Below are positions 58,096 through 64,000 of a stretch of 64,000 nucleotides of DNA, piece by piece (the first letter of the stretch is position 1; each line of letters begins with the position of its first letter). Source of the DNA: Eledone cirrhosa (taxonomy: Eukaryota); contig OZ024742.1 of the NCBI GenBank assembly GCA_964016885.1, forward strand, positions 11,842,001 to 11,906,000. Reading direction: 5' to 3'. The notes beneath the pieces are model-generated. The model had not been told where the DNA came from. It made no database searches and saw only the letters and a program-made list of their open reading frames with translations. The position numbers and the translations under genes are program-made.

Positions 58096-58949
58096 TTACA
58101 AACTATTCACCTTCTGAATAGAAGACTTTACAATTGAGTAGAAATGAATATAAATATATAGATTCACCATGAAATTGGGCAAATCTGAACATTTGAATTA
58201 TATTTGCTTTTATTTTGAAAATCTGCCACAATTCAAGCCGCAAAAAATAAAATTAAATTCAACTAAGGAAGGATGTAACGAGATATTTTATATCTATGGA
58301 GGCATTAATTGTCTGTGTGTATGTATAGATAGATTTGTAAAATAGACTCATCCTTCATCTGGAGACATTAAGAAAGTGGTATCGTCCAATCTCCTCTACC
58401 TACCGCTATCCCTTCCTTTCCCATGTATTGGGATAATTTATCAAAGGAGAAATGAGGTTAAATTCGTTTAAAAAAATATCGTTTCCCTCGGAATCGTATT
58501 TCACCAGCCTTATCCCTCTGTCTTCCTTCTGTTAAATATATTCTTTCTAACACAAAGAATTACGTGTCGCTGATATAAAGAATGATGTTCTATTAATGTA
58601 TTTATAATTTGATGTATTTATAATTTGGTTCCACGCGCATCTTAACAACATATATAAACTTACATCACATCAACTTATTTCTCTATAATTAGTATTGGAT
58701 AAAACGTGTATGTTCGTTCTTCACGTCTGTGTTTCTATCATGTTATCTTATGTAGGATACAGAAAAAAATAGGATATAAATTCACGCAGTTCTTGTTGTT
58801 GTTATTGTTCATGCTTGATAAAGAGTGCGACGTTGTTGTTTCTAAATTGTTTCCCCTCACAAATTATATTAAATTGAATTAGTAGTGCCCGCACACACTT
58901 GTCACCACAGCACGTTCTTCTTCTTCTTCTTCTTACTATGAGGAGGCTG

Positions 58950-59420
58950 TTGATGTCTCACGTTGTTGTCGTTCATCTGATCAGTGATCAATTTTTAGGG
59001 TCTACTCCGAGAAGGTCGACGACTTGGCCCTCTTTGTATACTAAATCTGGTGTGGTGTCATCAGCTGAATGTGTTCTGATGCTGCGATATATTGTGAATG
59101 TTTGGATGTAATCTTTACGATAATCGGCCTGTTTATAATTATCTGTCACAACATATACCAGTCACATATTTACTATACATGTTCTGCAATCGTTTACGAA
59201 CACTCATTCACCCACGTTATATATTCTATGTAGAACATCTTCTTCATTATTATCTGCACCTTTACTTACATATTTTTCATTCGATGTACGTGAGTTCTCT
59301 GTGGATCGTTCTAGCCTTTAAAATTTCTCTATTTTTCACAGTTCAATGTGTCTATGTTTTTAAAGTATCGACTGAACAGTTCAGAGGCTGACCAAGATAC
59401 TCTCATGGAATGGCCAAATG
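58950..59420 (-). mobile_element. Possible ancient Gypsy integrase C-terminal remnant
   Basis: Stop-riddled SASELFSRYFK ... RIYNVGE*VFV resembles SPAELLFGR ... R.F.VGD.V.V. Confidence 0.3.
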
Positions 59421-60484
59421 AGGTTTGTTTTTCAATATTAAAAAGAAACAATGTAATTATTAATAAGAAGAGTTGAAATTAATGCACACAAAATTTCGCA
59501 GTCCTATTGTTACTCCATCATAGTCAGCCTATGGACTTTTCAGTCGACCATCCTAATAATGAGGTAGTGAAAAGGGGATTATAGGGATCTGAAACATAAA
59601 CTAATATAGAAATTCTTAAGCAGATGTTATTATATGTATTTTATTTCACCATTTGTTTACGTACTTGCACAACTAAGCCAACCCACAACAACAATCTAGA
59701 AAACTAACCTCAAATATACAAATTAAATTTAGTATCAACAAAATATACAATTTTCCTTTTTTGTCAGTAACACTATAAATCATCATATACTATTACATTC
59801 AACAGTGTAAGTATACTATACATACATAATAAGAAAATCATTTATAAATTATGCAGACTCTTCAGTAATATGTACATATATATATAACAAGCAAAATGTC
59901 GTACAAACATAAAGCAGGTATATATAACATAACTATTAGTTGACAAACAGACAAATAAAACAACAGCACAAACATAATCCATATATTATACAATTCCTGC
60001 ATGGAAACATAACACAAACCACAAGATCTGAAATGAACAGGAAATTTTGCATATTTTATTATTACTGAATGGAGATACCTCACATAAACAAAACAGGTAG
60101 AGTTAATTAAAAACTTGTTGAAAATTACAAACAAATTGGTATCGTAAGGGTTTGAATTTGTGCTGAAGCACGATTCCACTCGTTCTATGTACAATGACTC
60201 TTATCTAACCAGATGCATTTACAATACTCACAGAACGGTACTGTACCTATCTCCAAATATTAACGGTCCGTTGAAACATAACAGGAAAATACAGGTAAAA
60301 GATACAATAATTAAAAGACATTGACTCCACACATTGTTCTGGAATGAAGTACCACCTGTCGGTGAAGATGAAGTATATGATTCCTATATAGGTTCTCCAG
60401 ACGGATAAGACATACAGAAATAAACGACAGGACTGTGGAGAATTACATGCCAAGACTGCTACAGTACACATTATATGACATTTC

Positions 60485-60673
60485 AGGGCGATGGATTGGC
60501 AGTATCGGTAAGGGGTCGAATGCCATGCTTTGCAGCAAAGAGTTACGGCTCTTTATGGTCTGAGTTCAAATCCCGTCGAGGTTAACTTTGCTTTTCATCC
60601 TTACGGGGTCGATAAAATAAAGCACCAGTAATACACTGGGATAATTGCTGGCCTTGTGCCAAAAGTAGAAACA
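60485..60673 (+). mobile_element. Full-length SINE with 15-bp TSD
   Basis: TSD ATTATATGACATTTC at 60470-60484 and 60674-60688; A/B boxes. Confidence 0.92.
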
Positions 60674-60789
60674 ATTATATGACATTTCTATGTCGGAATG
60701 TAAAGTGTGGAGTTCACCTATGTAAAGTAATATATCTATCGTAACAATGATCTCAATTTTGACTGAAGGCCAATAAATTTTGGTTGGAA

Positions 60790-60900
60790 GGGAAAGTCGA
60801 TTATATAGACCTCAGCACATGACTGGTATTTTATTTCATCAGCCTAGGTAGGTTGAAAAGCAAATTTGACCTCAGCGGTACTTGAATTCAAAAGGTAAAA
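60790..60900 (-). mobile_element. Old SINE fragment
   Basis: GACTGGTATTTTATTTCATC...GAAAAGCAAATTTGACCTCAGCGG. Confidence 0.6.
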
Positions 60901-62051
60901 ACCTGGGGAAGGAGCTATAAGGTGGTCGCTTGGTCTGTTAAAAATAGCTACCAAATCTCCTTCAAATCATTCTTTACCATTTTAAAAAGAACATGTTTGA
61001 CAATATGGTCCTCGGGTCACTACACATTGGAAAATATGGGATGGTAACGAGTGAAAGGCTTTTGATTCTAGGTTTAGTCGAGTGGAGGTAATGTCTTTTA
61101 AACAAGTATAATAACATCAGTATTAATAGTTCATTATTTTTATGTGAAGAGTCAGCTCAAACTTACAGAAAAATATTAAATAGAGCAGTTATTTCGTAAT
61201 TAATTGTCGTCGAGACATCAACAATCACTTTTCGTCGAATATCAGCTTCTCTAAGACTAGCAGAATTATATTTCAAGAGTTAGCGATATTTTATTACGAG
61301 ATGCGGCTATATTTTATTAGCAAAGAATTGGCAATATTTTAACCACGTCGCGTTTCATATTTTCAGTTCCAACATTAAAATTCTTGTTCAATGAATAAAA
61401 TAAGTATAAATAATATAAAATACAGAACAGAAAAGAAAGACAAAAATAAACACAATGTTGCTAGGATTTGAACTGAATTTCTTTAGCAGGGATTTGTGTA
61501 ACTTACTGTTTACAAACTGCTGAGTTACGTTGTGTTTCGCAATAGATTTCACCTTTACTCTTTGTGTAAATTTACGTTAGTATGTTTCATTCTTTGTATT
61601 ACGAATCATTTCTATGGCCTGTCCCCGAACAAGAGCTTCAAATATATCCATTGCTTTCAGCCGTCCAATTCATCTTCCCCTTTTCATATCCTTCTTCAAT
61701 TTTTCAAATATTTATCTTATTTTTATTGCCACTGCTATTGTTGAAAGGAGACATTACATAAAGGTACAATGTTCGCTGCCGTATTGACCATGTGTATCAT
61801 AGAAATTGACGAGATAAAAAAGATATGTTCAAAGTACACACAAACAAACATGCAAATGAGCCTCAATAACATATATATTCTATTTGTTAAATTGGTTGTA
61901 GCACTAAGACAGCGTTTCAGCACAATAGAAGTGTGTATGAACATATATATATATAATATATATAAGCACTGGCTTGGTGAGCCTCCGATACACTGTGTAA
62001 TTACAAAACTTGAGTGAACGATTCTGGCAGGAATTAACTGACGATTTATTG

Positions 62052-62841
62052 CAAGGGTTCTCAACCTTTTTTTCGCTGTGGACCACCAAAATAAGCAAAT
62101 TTTTCCTGTGGACCACCTAAACTTTTAAATCTTTTGTAATAGAACTGCTACTTATAAGCATCAGTAGATGTTGTTTTTTTTCAATGAATTAGAAAATGCT
62201 ATTATCATGTCGCAGTGCCTAAAAATCTACGCAAATAAACAGCTGAAGTCGTACTTATGCGAAGAATAAGAACAGCGCTTTAAGTCAAATGCATGGATCA
62301 AAAAAGAATTTGCTATTGCACCAAGCAACGCATAACTTATTCGTTATTAATTTGAATTTTTTCGATTTCACATCTCAGCGACAAATATCAAGCATTGATG
62401 TTGAGAATAAGTTTCTACTTCTAATTGGTAAGATCGATTTGATTGGTCAATACCATTTTCACTTTGTAATGAAAGATCCTTTTTTGTTCCTCTAAGGGAC
62501 ATATTTTAAGCACCAAGACGACAGAGAACAAACAAATGAGAACACCAATAAGAAAACCAATTTGAAAATGTCTATTTTTTCAATAAAGCTTTATTTGATA
62601 GAATCGAGTAGAAAAAGGTTACTGAGTCCTGGAAAACACTCCCTAATCGTCCAATAGGAAAGGCGTGCTCTCAAGTGCACTCCCAGGTGCGAAGTGTGAT
62701 GAGGCATGTTTCGTCTGTGTGACGTGTGCGTGTATGGAAGAATTTAAATTTTTCAGGTGGTCCACAGAAAATTTTCTGTGGACCACCTGAATTTTCCTGT
62801 GGACCACTAGTGGTCCACATGGACCAGGTTGAGAACCCCGG
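62052..62841. mobile_element. hAT MITE with GTGGACCA subterminal repeats
   Basis: TIRs CAAGGGTTCTCAACC / GGTTGAGAACCCCGG; 8-bp TSD ATTTATTG at 62044-62051 and 62842-62849. Confidence 0.9.
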
Positions 62842-63027
62842 ATTTATTGAACTGTGGTCCCGATCAGCATTGAATTAGTGCTAGCCAAAAACAACCATAA
62901 TAAGTAATAGAATATTGTTGTTTGCTTGAACTATTGTGTAGTAAAATGGATGAGGCAACTAAGATAATATGAAATGGACGGTAAAATTTAGATTAAATGA
63001 AGATAACGAAGAATTTTGCGTAATACC

Positions 63028-63212
63028 TGGTGGATTGAAAGCATCGGTAGAGGGTCGGACACCATGCTTTGACGCATAGAGTTACGGCCGTTGCCATTCT
63101 GAGTTCAAATCCCGCCGAGGTTAACTTTGCCTTTCATCATTAGGGGTCGATAAAATAAAGTACCAGTAATGCACTGGGATAATTGCTGGCCTTGTTCCAA
63201 AAGTAGAAACAT
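63028..63212 (+). mobile_element. Full-length SINE
   Basis: Highly similar to 12641-12824. Confidence 0.9.
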
Positions 63213-63389
63213 TTTTTTTTTTTTTTCGTCCTACTATTTGATCCAAAATTGGAGCAAACAGCAGAGTGACAAGAGTGGATCGTTTTTCTCTGGCAATTCC
63301 CCAAACTTTGATTTTTAAATCCCGAAATATTAGGAAAAAACTAATTATAATAAATATCAAGTACCACACAAACGTCTTCGTTACATTCA

Positions 63390-63600
63390 TCTATATATCT
63401 AAAACAGAAAATGTTTGTCTGTCTGTCTGTCTGACTCCTTAAAACTCGAGAACCACCCAACCGATTTTTTTCATTCTTTACACATGTAATACTTATGGTC
63501 CTGTGAGTGTTTTGAGAAAAAAATATTTCGAATTTTCAATGCCCTAGGGACCGCATTAGGCGCCGTTTAACGATCTTTCTATCTTTCTTAGTCTGTCTTT
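63390..63600 (+). mobile_element. Possible non-autonomous Helitron 5' end
   Basis: TCTATATAT.TAAAA start, (TGTC)n tract, AACCGATTT motif. Confidence 0.4.
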
Positions 63601-63747
63601 TTAGATAGATACAAAGCTATAATGTCGCGCCCTTATAATATCTCTATGTATGTTTGGATGTCTGCATTACGACATTGACTTCGCTATCTGTGTGTGTGTA
63701 TGTGTGTGTATATGTATATATAGTGTGTGTATATATATATAGTGTGT

Positions 63748-63853
63748 AACGTTTTTCGAAATATTTACTTCTGCGTTCATAGATTGATTTTTTTTAGTTT
63801 CAGAAGATCCCGTTGTGAAAGCACCGATTCTTCGCTTATACTTTAATCTGATA

Positions 63854-63862
<9 letters not shown>
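63748..63862 (+). mobile_element. Family C diverged copy ending in (TA)n
   Basis: TTAGTTTCAGAAGATCCCGTT..TGAAAGCA.CGATTCTT.GCTTA. Confidence 0.7.
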
Positions 63863-63889
<27 letters not shown>

Positions 63890-64000
63890 TATATTCGTGT
63901 ACAGATATTTTTGCATACAGAATAACAAAATATAAACAAACGTATTTATTTCACGAGGCTCGACAGCAGCAAAACCAACAACAAAAAAGAGAGGGAACGT

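Noticed and set aside
58960-59140. Minus-strand SH3-like terminal exon (YRSIRTH...DLVYKEGQVVDLL)
   Set aside because: Poor acceptor; upstream frame has stops and looks more like a decayed retrotransposon integrase tail

Overview
Eukaryotic, very AT-rich and microsatellite-saturated window with no convincing host gene. The SINE family and repeat landscape look like an octopus/cephalopod genome (inference). It holds a near-intact Tx1/L1-clade LINE (~20.8-25.8 kb), a decayed full-length Penelope element with pLTRs (45.9-51.1 kb) and a Naiad-type Penelope-like element (PLE) apparently split by an inversion (7.4-13.2 kb). There are also fragments of CRE, R4/Dong and RTE retrotransposons, many tRNA-derived SINEs, two hAT MITEs and several minisatellites. 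The most striking signal is at least six mutually unrelated short non-coding elements (labelled A-F here) sitting in (TA)n tracts. Most are fold-back palindromes and carry type I hammerhead ribozyme (HHR) motifs, several with variant cores, palindromic stem III or very long stem II. One has two HHRs in direct repeat 592 nt apart (retrozyme/circular RNA candidate). The Naiad endonuclease has an in-frame UGA exactly at a conserved Cys (selenocysteine candidate). All structures were read by eye; no folding or database search was run.
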